Assembly (NCBI GenBank): GCA_031409275.1
Contig: JANNXA010000022.1
Coordinates: 128,001-192,000 of the forward strand
DNA length: 64,000 nucleotides
Direction of reading: 5' to 3'
DNA from: Planctomycetota bacterium
GTDB lineage: Bacteria > Planctomycetota > B15-G4 > SIAN01
Shown here: in pieces, positions 28,317 to 39,325 of the stretch
Position numbering within the stretch: the stretch's first letter is position 1
Layout of the letters: every line of letters begins with the position of its first letter
Notes under the pieces: model-generated
What the model saw: only the letters and a program-made list of their open reading frames with translations
The model's database searches: none
What the model was told of the DNA's origin: nothing
Program-made: the position numbers and the translations under genes

Positions 28317-28430
28317 CGCGGCAGCGTAGCCGCGTCGAAGCCCTTTGCTACCGTGCCGCGCCGACTGCGATTCGATGCGCGGCGCGGTGCCGATGCGTGA
28401 CCGTGCGTGACGATGATGAGGAGCGATCCG

Positions 28431-30662
28431 ATGCGAAGCGTGCGCCGCGATTCCCCTGCCAGCGTCGCCTGGGCGGCGTGGGCGGCGTTGCTCCCGCTCC
28501 CGTTGCAGTCGAAGCCGCCGCTCACGATCGAGCAGACGATGGGCGCGGGCCGCGTCTCGTTCACCGCGACGCCGCCCTCGGTCACCTTCGCTCGCGATGG
28601 CCTCTCCCTCGAACGGCAGAAGGACGGCAAGGCGATCTGGGTCGATCCGCGCACGCACGCGGAACGGGAACCGGAGCCGGCCGATGCGACCACGCTCGCC
28701 GCGGCGTCGACGCGCGAGGCGGCGCTGTTGGCCGCGCTCTCGGCGCTGCCGGGCTTCGATGAGGCGGCAGCGAAACGGCTGGCCACGAGCCGCCGCGGCA
28801 GCAGCGCGGACGGACAGTCGCTGCTGCTCGCCGGCGAGAACGACCTCTTCTTCTTTCGATTCGGTGGCGAGCGCGCGCTCCGATTGACCGATGGTCCCGA
28901 AGCGGAAGAGAACTCGCGCTTGTCGCCGGATGGCCGCTTCGTCTCGTTCGTGCGCGGCAACGACCTGTTCGCCGTCGAGACCGATGGCGCACGTGAGCGT
29001 CGCATCACCAAGGACGGCAGCGCGGAGAAGCTGAACGGCAAGCTCGACTGGGTCTATCAGGAGGAGATCTACGGCCGCGGCAACTTCCAGGCGACCTGGT
29101 GGAGCCCCGACAGCCGGCACGTCGCATTCCTCGCGCTCGATCAGAGCGGCGTCCCCCACCACCCGATCGTCGACCACGTTCCCAACCGCGCCGAGCTCGA
29201 GGACACGCGCTACCCGAAGGCGGGTGACCCCAATCCGACGGTTGCACTGGGTGTGGCGCGCGCGCGCGACGCGAAAGTCGTCTGGATCGACCTCGCGAAG
29301 TACGCGAAGGATGAAGCGCTGGTCGTGCGCGTCGGTTGGAGCCCGGACGGCAAACGGCTGATCTACCAGGTGCAGGATCGCGAGCAGCGCTGGCTCGAAC
29401 TGCTGGCCGCCGATCCCGACAGCGGTCAGCCGACGCTGCTTGTGCGCGAAGAGTCCGCCTCCTTCGTCAACGTTCTGGAAGAGCCGCAGTGGCTGGCCGA
29501 TGGCAGCTTCCTCTGGCAATCCGAGCGGACCGGTTTCCGCCACGTCTACCGCTACGCGGCGGATGGCAAGCTGCTCGGCGCGATCACGCGCGGCGATTGG
29601 GAAGTGCGAAGCGTGACCGCGGTCGACGAAGGCAAGCAGCTGCTCTGGTTCACCGCGAGCAAGGATTCCTCGATCGGCTCGAACCTCTATCGCTGCGGAT
29701 TCGATGGCAGCGGTCTGATCCGGCTCACCGATGGCGGCGGCAGCCACAGCGTGGAGTGGAACGCCGACAAGAGCCTGTTCCTCGATCGCGTGTCGGGCCT
29801 CAACTTCCCGCCGGAAGTGCGCCTCTGCGATGGCGCGAGCGGCAAGGTGCTCGAGGTGGTCGCGCGCGCCGAAGTGAAGGCGCTCGCCGACTTCGACTAC
29901 TCGGTGCCGGAACTGCTCAAGATCCCGACGGCCGACGGCTTCGTGATGGATGCGACGCTCGTGAAGCCGATCCCATTCGATCCGGCGAAGAAGTACCCGG
30001 TCTGGCTGCCGACCTATTCGGGTCCCGATGCGCCGTCGGTGTTCGATCGCTGGAACGGCGACCCGTGGCCGCAGTTCCTGGCGCAGCAGGGGTACGTCGT
30101 CCTGCAGGTGAACAACCGGACCTCGAGCCAGCGTGGGCACGTTCATCTGGAGAAGTGCTGGCAGCAGCTCGGTGTCCTGGAGCTCCAGGATCTGGAGGAG
30201 GCGTTGCGCTGGCTCGGAGCGAACCGGCCGTGGCTCGACACGACCCGCGTCGGGATCACCGGATGGAGCTACGGCGGCTTCATGACCGCCTACGCGCTCA
30301 CTCACAGCAAGGCGTTCAAGCTCGGAGTCGCGGGTGCGGGCGTCTACGACTGGCGCCTCTACGATTCGATCTACACCGAGCGCTACATGCGGACGCCGCA
30401 GAACAACGCGGAGGGTTATGCGCGCACTTCGTGCATCGAGGCGGCGAAAGAGCTGTCCGGCTACCTCGTCCTCGCGCATGGAACCATGGACGACAACGTG
30501 CACGTCCAGAACACCGTGCAGCTGGCCGGGGCGCTCCAGAAGGCCGGAATCGACCGCTTCGAAGTGATGGTCTATCCGCGTTCCCGCCACGGGCTCGGCA
30601 GCGTCGAGCAGAACAGCCACTACCGAAGGCTGACGTGGAAGGCGATCCGCGAACGGCTCTAA
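28431..30662 (+). CDS. S9B dipeptidyl peptidase IV
   Basis: GAGGAG RBS; DWVYQEEI, YPKAGDPNP, GWSYGG (catalytic Ser), YDSIYTERYM, HGTMDDNVH and YPRSRH. Confidence 0.95.
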   Translation: MRSVRRDSPASVAWAAWAALLPLPLQSKPPLTIEQTMGAGRVSFTATPPSVTFARDGLSLERQKDGKAIWVDPRTHAEREPEPADATTLAAASTREAALLAALSALPGFDEAAAKRLATSRRGSSADGQSLLLAGENDLFFFRFGGERALRLTDGPEAEENSRLSPDGRFVSFVRGNDLFAVETDGARERRITKDGSAEKLNGKLDWVYQEEIYGRGNFQATWWSPDSRHVAFLALDQSGVPHHPIVDHVPNRAELEDTRYPKAGDPNPTVALGVARARDAKVVWIDLAKYAKDEALVVRVGWSPDGKRLIYQVQDREQRWLELLAADPDSGQPTLLVREESASFVNVLEEPQWLADGSFLWQSERTGFRHVYRYAADGKLLGAITRGDWEVRSVTAVDEGKQLLWFTASKDSSIGSNLYRCGFDGSGLIRLTDGGGSHSVEWNADKSLFLDRVSGLNFPPEVRLCDGASGKVLEVVARAEVKALADFDYSVPELLKIPTADGFVMDATLVKPIPFDPAKKYPVWLPTYSGPDAPSVFDRWNGDPWPQFLAQQGYVVLQVNNRTSSQRGHVHLEKCWQQLGVLELQDLEEALRWLGANRPWLDTTRVGITGWSYGGFMTAYALTHSKAFKLGVAGAGVYDWRLYDSIYTERYMRTPQNNAEGYARTSCIEAAKELSGYLVLAHGTMDDNVHVQNTVQLAGALQKAGIDRFEVMVYPRSRHGLGSVEQNSHYRRLTWKAIRERL

Positions 30663-30694
30663 CACCCATCGCGACGTCCGAAAGCTCGCGCGGC

Positions 30695-31555
30695 TCAGGG
30701 AGACGCGCAGCGCACTCGGACACAGCCGTTGTGGGTCGAAAGGGTGATCGTGCCGGCGGCCGGATCGGGGAAGCGCAGCTCGAAGTCGTCGCCGTTGATC
30801 AAGACCGTGGGCCCGCCGCTGCCGCGCCAGTCGAGGCCGCCGAATTCGCCGTCGCCTTGGATCGTCCCGCGCATGCCGCTTTGAAGGTCGAGCTCGAGGT
30901 CGCCGTGGTGCGACGTCAGCGTCGCGTCGATGGCCGTCGCGCTCGTGCGGAGGCGGACGTCGCCGTGATGGGACGACAAGGCCACTTGCGAGCCGCTCGT
31001 GGCGCAAGCGACCGTGCCGTGATGCGAACTCGCCGCGACGCATCCACGCAGGTCGAGCAGGTCGACGTCGCCGTGGTGGCTCGAGGCGGCGACCGGACCC
31101 GCGAGGCCCGTCACCGAGACGTCGCCGTCGTGCGACGCGAGCGTGACTCCGAAGCGCGCGGGAAGCGTGATCTGGAACGAGACGGTCGCTTCCCAGCGAT
31201 CGGGCGCCTCCTGCAGCCACTCCGCTTGCAAGGTCAGCGTGCGGCCCTCGCCGCGGTGCGCGACCCGAAGTGCGGCGAGCGCGGTGTCGGCGTCGCTCGG
31301 GTCGCGTCCGCCGGCTTGCTTGTGGGCAACGATCGTCACCGAGTCGACGCCCGCCGCCGCCGATTCGACGTGGATCGAGCCGCGATGAGTGGTCACCGCC
31401 AGCGCATCGAAGTCGGCAGCTGCAACGACGATCGTCTCATCGGCAGAGGCGAAGCAGCTCGGATCGCGCCAGTGGCCCAGATGGATCGCACAACCGCCCG
31501 CAAGCAGAAGCGCGGCGGCGGCGGGCAACGTGGCGATGACGGTCGAAAGGCGCAT
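30695..31555 (-). CDS. DUF4097-like beta-strand repeat lipoprotein
   Basis: GGAG RBS; lipobox LAGGC; repeated (S/T)HxG(D/T/S)(V/I/L) beta-solenoid units. Confidence 0.8.
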   Translation of the reverse strand: MRLSTVIATLPAAAALLLAGGCAIHLGHWRDPSCFASADETIVVAAADFDALAVTTHRGSIHVESAAAGVDSVTIVAHKQAGGRDPSDADTALAALRVAHRGEGRTLTLQAEWLQEAPDRWEATVSFQITLPARFGVTLASHDGDVSVTGLAGPVAASSHHGDVDLLDLRGCVAASSHHGTVACATSGSQVALSSHHGDVRLRTSATAIDATLTSHHGDLELDLQSGMRGTIQGDGEFGGLDWRGSGGPTVLINGDDFELRFPDPAAGTITLSTHNGCVRVRCASP

Positions 31556-31634
31556 CGAAGGTCTCCAACTTGCCCGGGAGGAGCCGCCATACTCCGCGAG
31601 GGTTGCAATCGCCCTGCCCACTGTTGGAGTCGTC

Positions 31635-32201
31635 ATGGTCCCGCCCGAACTTCCGCCCGCTGCGCCGCGCCCCTGGCCCCTGCTCCGCACGACGGCCGGT
31701 CCCAGCCTGAAGCTGTTCCAGATCCTGCATGAACGGCGCGAGAACCCGCGCAACGGCCACGCGATCGATGCGGTGGTGCTCGAGTCGGCCGACTGGGTCA
31801 ACGTCGTCCCGATCACCCCCGCCGGCGAGATCGTCTTCGTCCGCCAGTACCGCTTCGGCATCCGGGCGAACACCCTCGAGATCCCGGGCGGGCTGATCAG
31901 TCGCGGCGAGGCGCCGCTGCTCGCCGCCACGCGCGAGCTGCGCGAAGAGACGGGAATGGTGGCGCAGCGCATCACCTCGCTCGGCGCCGTCGAACCCAAC
32001 CCCGCGTTCCTCACCAACCTCTGTCACCAGTTCCTTGCGCATGGCGTTGAACCGGAAGGGGAGCTTCTGCTCGATCCGGGCGAGGACGTCGTGGTCGAGC
32101 GTCACTCCTTCGCCGCGGTGCGGCGCATGGTCGGCGATGGGACGATCCGCCACAGCCTCGTGCTCACCGCACTCGCTCGCGTCCTCGACCTGCGCGGGTG
32201 A
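31635..32201 (+). CDS. NUDIX hydrolase (ADP-ribose pyrophosphatase-like)
   Basis: GGAG RBS; VRQYRFG, LEIPGGLISRGEAPLLAATRELREETG (Nudix box), PNPA and DPGE. Confidence 0.92.
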   Translation: MVPPELPPAAPRPWPLLRTTAGPSLKLFQILHERRENPRNGHAIDAVVLESADWVNVVPITPAGEIVFVRQYRFGIRANTLEIPGGLISRGEAPLLAATRELREETGMVAQRITSLGAVEPNPAFLTNLCHQFLAHGVEPEGELLLDPGEDVVVERHSFAAVRRMVGDGTIRHSLVLTALARVLDLRG

Positions 32202-32369
32202 CCCGCTACCGCGCAACCGTTTCGTAGCGCGCGCGCCAATCGTTTTCCTGGCCTGCGCAATCGTCGATCACGAGCACCCAGTCGCGCCATCGCCCGTGTC
32301 GATCGATCCCGAGTCGCCGCTCTCCGCCGCATCTCCGTGGCGGTCGCGGCAGCCGGGAGTGCCGTTCGT

Positions 32370-33731
32370 ATGCAACTGGGACTGCGCGCAAAGTTCGGGC
32401 TCGGAATCGGTTTCCTCTCGCTGGCCGCGTGCGGCGCGAAGGTGAAAAGTCCGAGTCGTGTTCCTTACGTCGAAGTCTGGCCGCTCGCCCAGTTCGGCGA
32501 TCTCGAGCAGGACTACGGCGCCTCGCTTGCGCTGGCGGACAGCGACGCCGACGGTGACCGCGAGCTGATCGTTGGCGCCCCCGCCCGCGATCCGGCGATG
32601 GACGGGGTCGTGCTGTTCGTCTCGCTCGGAACGTTGACGGTCGTGAATGCGGTGCTGCCGTGGCGCCCGTCCGGCGACGACTCCGCTCATCACGACGAGT
32701 TCGGCCGGAGCCTGGTCTGGGGCGACTGGAATCGAGATACGCGCCTCGATCTGGCCGTCGGCGATCCTGGGGCCGACGTCGGCAACGTCGGGAACGCCGG
32801 CGAGGTGTGGGTCTTCTTCGGGCCGATCGACTCGGCGGTGGCGACGCGGATCTCGAGCAGCGTGCCCGCCAGCGGCGCCCGGTTCGGAGAGACGCTGGCC
32901 GCCGGCGACTACGACTTCGATGGTTACCAGGACCTCGCGATCGGCGCCCCGCATCCGGCCGATGTCGCGGTGGATGCCGATGGTCCCTCGCTCGAAGTGC
33001 TCTACGGTCCCGATTTCTCGCGCCGCGAACGCTGGGAAGCGGGCGGTGCCGGCGGTTCCTTCGGCGCGGCGTTGGTGAGCGTTCCGCAGCCGGGTGGCGG
33101 CGCGGCGCTGGTGGCCGGTGCGCCGGAGTTCGCGCACGCCGACGGAGCGCAGGGCGGCCTGTTCGCGTGGGAGCGCTTCGTCGACGCGTCCGCGCGTCGA
33201 GTCGGCTCGCCGCGCGCCGCCGACGCCGAGCTTGGCCGTGCGGGCAGCTACGGCGATTTCGATGGCGACGGGGACGGCGAACTCGCCGTCGCGGCATTGG
33301 CCGGCCGTGGCGCGGTCTACTTCTTCGAGCGCGACCAGTTCCGCGAACAGGGCCGCCTCACGCTGCCATCGGTCCTCACCGCACGCGCGGGTGCCCCGCT
33401 CTTCACGACGCCCGACCTCACCGGCGACCACGCCGAAGAACTGCTCCTGCTTTCCGCTCGCGCCGAGGACCCGGCGGCGCTGCTCTTCTCGCCCGGTCGC
33501 GGGCTCGCGCACCTCGCGCTCGATTTCGCGGCGGCTTCGGCGATCTCCGCCAACTTCGACTGGGACGACGCGCCCGAGCTCCTGCTCGCCACGCCCACCG
33601 GCTTGCGATCGGGTGGCGGTCTCTCGCAGCTCAGCCTCGTCGATGTCAGCTGGCAGGACGTGCATTCGCTCGCGTCGCCGAGGCCGGCTCCGATCGTGAT
33701 CCCCGGCATCGCCGCGCTGCGCGAGCGCTGA
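32370..33731 (+). CDS. FG-GAP (integrin alpha-like) repeat lipoprotein
   Basis: Lipobox LAAC; Ca-binding repeats DSDADGDRELIVGAP, DWNRDTRLDLAVGDP, DYDFDGYQDLAIGAP and DFDGDGDGELAV. Confidence 0.85.
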   Translation: MQLGLRAKFGLGIGFLSLAACGAKVKSPSRVPYVEVWPLAQFGDLEQDYGASLALADSDADGDRELIVGAPARDPAMDGVVLFVSLGTLTVVNAVLPWRPSGDDSAHHDEFGRSLVWGDWNRDTRLDLAVGDPGADVGNVGNAGEVWVFFGPIDSAVATRISSSVPASGARFGETLAAGDYDFDGYQDLAIGAPHPADVAVDADGPSLEVLYGPDFSRRERWEAGGAGGSFGAALVSVPQPGGGAALVAGAPEFAHADGAQGGLFAWERFVDASARRVGSPRAADAELGRAGSYGDFDGDGDGELAVAALAGRGAVYFFERDQFREQGRLTLPSVLTARAGAPLFTTPDLTGDHAEELLLLSARAEDPAALLFSPGRGLAHLALDFAAASAISANFDWDDAPELLLATPTGLRSGGGLSQLSLVDVSWQDVHSLASPRPAPIVIPGIAALRER

Positions 33732-33746
33732 GACGATCGGCGCGAG

Positions 33747-34567
33747 TCAGCGGTCGCGGCGCCGCAGCGCGCCGAGCACGCAGCAGACGACGAACAGGCC
33801 CGCGAGCGCCAGCACCACCGCGCCACCGGTCGGCACGGTGAACCAGGTCGAGAGGAGCAGCCCGAACACGCCGCCGAGCAGAGCGATGGCGATGCTCGCC
33901 GCGACGTGACCGCGCAACGTGGTCGCGATCTGGCGCCCGGCCGCCGCCGGGATCACCACCCACGCCTCGACCAGCAGCGCGCCGACCACTTTGAGGCTCG
34001 CCACGATGGTGGCCGTCAGCAGCAGCACGAAGAGGTAGTCGAGCCGCGTGCGCTGGCTTGCCGTGGTTGGCGCGACCGCAGGCGCGACACTGTCGAGGAG
34101 CAGGGCGTTGTAGTGGCGCGCCAGGAACGCGGCCGCGATGAGGAGCAGCGCGCCCAGCAGCGCGAGGTCGCCGTTCGTCACGGTGAGCAGGCTGCCGAAC
34201 ATCAGCGCTTCGATCTGGTGGACGTTGAAGCGTTGCGTCACCGCGACGAGCAGGCAGATCCCAAGCCCCAGCGTGAACGCGACGAAGACGCCGATCAGCG
34301 TGTCCGCCGGAAGCGCCGCGCGCCGCTTGAGCCACACCATTCCCAGCGCCGCCAGCAGGCAGAAGCCGAACATGCCGCCGTACGGCGCGGCGATCGGTTC
34401 CCCGAGCGCCAGCCCGATGGTGAGTCCGGTGAGCGCCGCCTGGCCGAGCGCGGTCGACAGGAAGGCGAGCCGCCGCGCGACCACGAGGTGCGACAGCGTG
34501 CCGAGCAGCGGCGCCAGCAGCAGCACGGCGGCGAGTCCGCGTTGCAGGAACGGGAAGTCGAGCCAGT

Positions 34568-34571
<4 letters not shown>
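33747..34571 (-). CDS. Metal ABC transporter permease (ABC-3, FpvE-like)
   Basis: Multi-TM; AALTG...LGEP...PYG..FGFC, DTLIGVF, LMFGSLLTV and SLKVVGALLVEA. Confidence 0.92.
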
Positions 34572-35196
<625 letters not shown>

Positions 35197-35200
<4 letters not shown>

Positions 35201-36144
35201 TGTTTCTGCGCCGCGGGCTTCAACGCGCGCACGATCGTCGCGGCGTTCTGAGCCATCTCCTGCTCGAACTTCTCATCGGTGTAGTCGCCCGTCGCGACGT
35301 GCGAGAGGAGGAACACGTCGGCCTGCGCCGACTGCCGCACCACGTCGAGCAACGCCGGCGGAAAGCTCTCCTCGCTGAAGAGGACGCGCAGCTGCCGGTC
35401 GCGCAGCTCGGTGATCGCGTGGCCGAGTTCGAGCGCCGACGGGACCAATCCGTGCGCGGGCTCGATCACGACGGCGACTTCGATCCCGAACTCCTGCAGC
35501 AGGTAGGCGTAGCCATCGTGAACGGTCGCGACGCGCGCCGCTTCGACGTCGGCGAGCTCGAGCGCTGCCGCCGCCTTGATCTTGCGCAGCTTGCGGGCGT
35601 ACTCGCCGGCGTTCTTGCGGAACAGCGGCGCGAGCTCGGGGCGCAGCTCGCTGAGCGCGTGCTCGATCGCGTAGGTCTGCTGGATGGCGTTCGTGAACGA
35701 GAGGAAGGTGTGGCTGTTGATCGCTTCGCCGTGTGCGCCGTGCAGGGTCGGCGTCGCGTCGCTGGGTCGGATGCGCAGCAACCGGCCATTGCCGGAGGCG
35801 ACGATCATCGGTTCGAGGAAGTCGTCATGGCCCAGTCCGTTCACGACCACGGCATCGAGGTCGGCGAGCTTCGCGATGCCGGCGGCGCGCGGCTGGTAGT
35901 TCCCGGCGTCGACGTCGCCTGGCAGCAGCGGGCGCACTTCGACGTCGCTGCCGGCGACCACGGCGCGCGTCCATGAGTAGTAGGGATGGAGCGTGACGCC
36001 GACCTTGAGCGGGGCTGCCGTGCGCGGCATCGGTTGAGCGGGCAGAGCGGACGCCGGAGGAGCCTGCGCTGCCGCCTCGGCGGTTGCCGCGATGAGCCAG
36101 CAGAGGAGGGTGGCGCAGACGTCGCGACGATCGAGGCGAATCAT
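35197..36144 (-). CDS. Metal ABC transporter substrate-binding protein (cluster A-I, FpvC-like)
   Basis: Signal peptide; GVTLHPYYS, NGLGHDDF, NSHTFLS, VHDGYAYLLQEFG, IEPAHG and LSHV. Confidence 0.92.
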
Positions 36145-36854
36145 GGAGAGCGCTCCGGCGGCGACGATTCGTTGGTTCGAGCCGATGGACCGATGAGGAC
36201 CTGCCGCAATCCGTGCAGCGCTGGATCGGCGAGGAATCCCTCCGGCAGCGCGCTGGCGCCATCGGTCGCGATCCAGAAAGAGACGTGAAGCAGCGTGCCG
36301 TCGCGCAGCCGCCGATGCTGCTCGTCGAGCGCGACGGGCACCCGCGGGTCGCGGCCCTCGAGCTCTCCTGGCTGCGGCTCGAGGATCTGCAACAGGAGCG
36401 CGCCAGCCGTCGCTCCCGCGGCGGGTCGTCCGATGTACTGCCAGGCGCCGGCGCGCTGCTCGCGGGCGAAAGTCGCGTCACGCTTCGCGGCAGCGCCCGC
36501 GAACGGCTCGATGCCATCGGCCGCGAGGGTCGCGACGTCGGGCCATGCGCCGACCTCGTCGCGCAGGCGCAGCAGTTCGAGGGCGGCCTCGTGCAGCTCA
36601 CGAACCGCGCGCTGCGCCGAGCCCGGCAGACCAGCGAAGAGGCGCTGCCAAGGCTGCTCGGTTGCGGCGTTGTCGGCGCCGCCGAGCGCTTGGTTGCCGC
36701 GGCCGATCCAGAGCAGCGCCACGACGGCAATCGCAACCGCGGCCCGCACCACCGCCGCCGTCTCGCCACGCCGGTCGGGCGGCGTCACGGTGACGAGTCG
36801 CGAGTCGTCGCCTTGCTGGCCGCGGTTGGCGTTCGTAGCGTCGTCCACAATCAT
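36141..36854 (-). CDS. Single-TM hypothetical protein (DUF6162 / FpvH-K-like)
   Basis: N-terminal VTPPDRRGE followed by one TM helix; WPDVATLAADGIEPF and YIG motifs. First gene of the metal ABC operon, with an ATGA overlap onto the SBP gene. Confidence 0.65.
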   Translation of the reverse strand: MIVDDATNANRGQQGDDSRLVTVTPPDRRGETAAVVRAAVAIAVVALLWIGRGNQALGGADNAATEQPWQRLFAGLPGSAQRAVRELHEAALELLRLRDEVGAWPDVATLAADGIEPFAGAAAKRDATFAREQRAGAWQYIGRPAAGATAGALLLQILEPQPGELEGRDPRVPVALDEQHRRLRDGTLLHVSFWIATDGASALPEGFLADPALHGLRQVLIGPSARTNESSPPERSP

Positions 36855-36929
36855 GCTCGAGCAACGAAAGTCGTGGCGGGATCGGATGGCGTGCGGCGCA
36901 GACGTTAGCTCCACGTCGAGGGGACGCGC

Positions 36930-37721
36930 GTGAGCGATCCGCTGCCCCCGCCGGCGCTCTCCGTGCGCGAGCTGCTCACGCTGAACGCGGCGGCGACGGC
37001 GACCCAGCTTCCGGCGCTGCTGCTGCTCACGCTGCTCTTCAGTGCGCCCAACGGCTGGCTCGACTGGCGCGATGCTGAACAGCTCGCGACGGGCGCCAAG
37101 GAGCACCTCTCGCCGTGGTGGCTCGGGCTCGCCGTCGCGCTCGCGACTGACACCGTACTGCAGGGCATGGCGAGCGGACTCGCGTTGCGCCGCCTGGCCG
37201 GGGCCCCCGCTTCGCTCGCCGAAGCGTTTTCTCTGCCGATCCGCCAGCTGCTGGCGCTCCTGGTCATCGCGCTGTCGCTGGCAGCGCTGGCGCTGGTGGC
37301 CGTCGGGTTGCCGGGCGCGCTCTACTCGGCGCAACCCAACCTCTCCACTCTGGTGGTCTTCGCCGCCGGCGCGATCGTCACGCTGATCGCGTCGTCGGGG
37401 TGGCTGCTGGCAGTGCCGCTGGTGATGGCGGAGCGGCTTGGCCCGCTCGCCGCCCTCGCACGCAGCTGGCAGCTCACCAACGGGGTGCGACGCAAGTGCT
37501 TCGTGCTGCGCGCGCTGCAGGGCGTCGCCGTCATCGCCGCCGCGCAGTCGGGGGTCGCGCTGGGGGAAGCTTCGGCGGAAGGCGGCGGCGTGCTGTTCGC
37601 ATTCGCGCTGCGCGTCTTCGCGACCGCGCTCCTGATCCTGTTGCCGACGGTGACCTACGTGCGGCTGCTCGCGGTGCGCGGTGAAGCGCTGCCCGAGAAA
37701 CTCGAGGAGCTGTTCCGATGA
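36930..37721 (+). CDS. Multi-pass membrane protein (similar to the GDPD membrane-domain class)
   Basis: About six hydrophobic helices and the AVPLVMAERLGPLAALARSWQLT motif. Its stop overlaps the next ATG. Confidence 0.7.
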   Translation: MSDPLPPPALSVRELLTLNAAATATQLPALLLLTLLFSAPNGWLDWRDAEQLATGAKEHLSPWWLGLAVALATDTVLQGMASGLALRRLAGAPASLAEAFSLPIRQLLALLVIALSLAALALVAVGLPGALYSAQPNLSTLVVFAAGAIVTLIASSGWLLAVPLVMAERLGPLAALARSWQLTNGVRRKCFVLRALQGVAVIAAAQSGVALGEASAEGGGVLFAFALRVFATALLILLPTVTYVRLLAVRGEALPEKLEELFR

Positions 37722-38539
37722 GCGAGGCGGCACGCCGAGATGGCTCGCGCTACCACGTCAGCGACGAGGAGAAGGCGCGATTCGCGGCCGACGGCTGGGT
37801 CCATCTGAAAGGGGTCCTGTCGGTCGAGGAGCTGGCGGCAGTCGCCATCGACTACGAGCGCTTCCTGCGTCGCGAGATCGCGGTCGCCGGCAAGGACTTC
37901 TGCGACATGTCCGGCGACTACGACAAGCCGGTCGAGTCGTTTGCGATCGTGAACGTGATGCTGCCACGCCGCTACCACCCCGCCTGGCAGGGCAGCCTGT
38001 ACGAACAGCGCGCCCACTCCATCGCCGAGCAGCTGCAAGGGCCGGGGATGGCGCTCGACTACGACCAACTCCTGGCCAAGCGTCCGCAGCGACCGGACGC
38101 GGTCTTCGCCTGGCATCAAGACCTCGCCTACTGGCCGACCGATACGCCGGATACGCGCACCGCCACCTGCTGGCTCGCGCTCGATGACTCGACGCCCGAG
38201 AACGGCTGCATGCGCTTCGTTTCGGGGACGCAGGCGGCGCCGCTGCGCCCCCACCGGCCGCTGCATGGCGACCGCTCGAAGTCGCACACGCTGGTGACCG
38301 ACCTCGTGAAGGGCGATCGAGTGACGCTGGCCCGCCTCGCGCGCGGTGACATCACCGTTCACGACGAGCGGGTGCTGCACGGGTCGGGCGGCAACGCGAG
38401 CAGCGGATGGCGTCGCGCCTACATCGTCGCCTTTCGCAGCGCCGCCACCGTCGCCGAGGAGCGCCGCCGCGGCTTCACCCACTCGCACAACGACGAGGCC
38501 AACGTGCTCGATCGCGTCGGGTTCGCGCAGGGGCGCTGA
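37718..38539 (+). CDS. Phytanoyl-CoA dioxygenase (PhyH) family Fe/2-oxoglutarate oxygenase
   Basis: GAGGAG RBS; WHQD (HxD), [25 protein letters not shown] and RRA. Confidence 0.92.
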   Translation: MSEAARRDGSRYHVSDEEKARFAADGWVHLKGVLSVEELAAVAIDYERFLRREIAVAGKDFCDMSGDYDKPVESFAIVNVMLPRRYHPAWQGSLYEQRAHSIAEQLQGPGMALDYDQLLAKRPQRPDAVFAWHQDLAYWPTDTPDTRTATCWLALDDSTPENGCMRFVSGTQAAPLRPHRPLHGDRSKSHTLVTDLVKGDRVTLARLARGDITVHDERVLHGSGGNASSGWRRAYIVAFRSAATVAEERRRGFTHSHNDEANVLDRVGFAQGR

Positions 38540-38569
38540 GCCAGCGGCGGCAGCGCGCCAGCCGTTGTC

Positions 38570-39325
38570 TCACGCGCGGCTGCGTGCCCCGATGGCGACG
38601 GCGATCGCGACAACGACCAGCACCAGCGCGAAGCTGCGCTGCAACGCCGAGGCGGCCATTCGCGGTGCGACGACCACGCCGAACGCGCTGCCGACGCTCC
38701 CGACCGCTGCGACGAGGCCGACCAGCGCGAGGTCGATCGTGACGCCACCGCGAGCGTGGTGGGCGGCGAAGGCCACGCTCGAGTTGATCGCGATCACCAC
38801 CAGGCTCGTCGCTGCCGCGCGCGCGATCGGAAGGCCGCCGAACAGCAACATCGCCGGCACCAGCAGGAAGCCGCCGCCGACCCCGAGGAACCCGGTCAAC
38901 ACCCCCACTCCAACGGCGGCGCTGACGGCCTTGGCCGGCTGCCAGGCGGTTGGATCGCCCGGGACTTTCGGGGCGACGGCACGACGCCACAGGGCCACCG
39001 CCGCGCTGGCAACCAGCGCCGAGAAGGCGAGTTCCGTCGCGCGCTCCGGCACCGCGGCGTGGAGGCGCGCGCCGATCGGAGCGCCGAGCGCGCCGACTGC
39101 CGCGAAGAGGAACGCGATGCGGAGGTCGACGAGTCTCCGGCGCGCTTGCATCAAGGCGCCGACCGCGCTGATCAGCGCGACGATCACCAGCGATTCGACC
39201 GTTGCCTGATGTGGCGTTCGGTGGAGCAGCAGCGTCAGCAACGGAACCGTGAGGATCGAGCCGCCCGACCCGAACAGGCCGAGGCTGACTCCGACGACGG
39301 CGGCGCCGATCCAGGCGGCGATCAT
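38570..39325 (-). CDS. Sulfite exporter TauE/SafE (TSUP) family
   Basis: Duplicated motif [13 protein letters not shown] / [13 protein letters not shown]; about eight TM helices; ATGA overlap with the upstream gene. Confidence 0.93.
   Translation of the reverse strand: MIAAWIGAAVVGVSLGLFGSGGSILTVPLLTLLLHRTPHQATVESLVIVALISAVGALMQARRRLVDLRIAFLFAAVGALGAPIGARLHAAVPERATELAFSALVASAAVALWRRAVAPKVPGDPTAWQPAKAVSAAVGVGVLTGFLGVGGGFLLVPAMLLFGGLPIARAAATSLVVIAINSSVAFAAHHARGGVTIDLALVGLVAAVGSVGSAFGVVVAPRMAASALQRSFALVLVVVAIAVAIGARSRA

Noticed and set aside
26862..31220. 1452-aa minus-strand ORF
   Set aside because: Only the last 484 codons (from ATG 28316) encode the decarboxylase. The rest is the stop-free antisense frame of the DPP IV gene, which is common at high GC.
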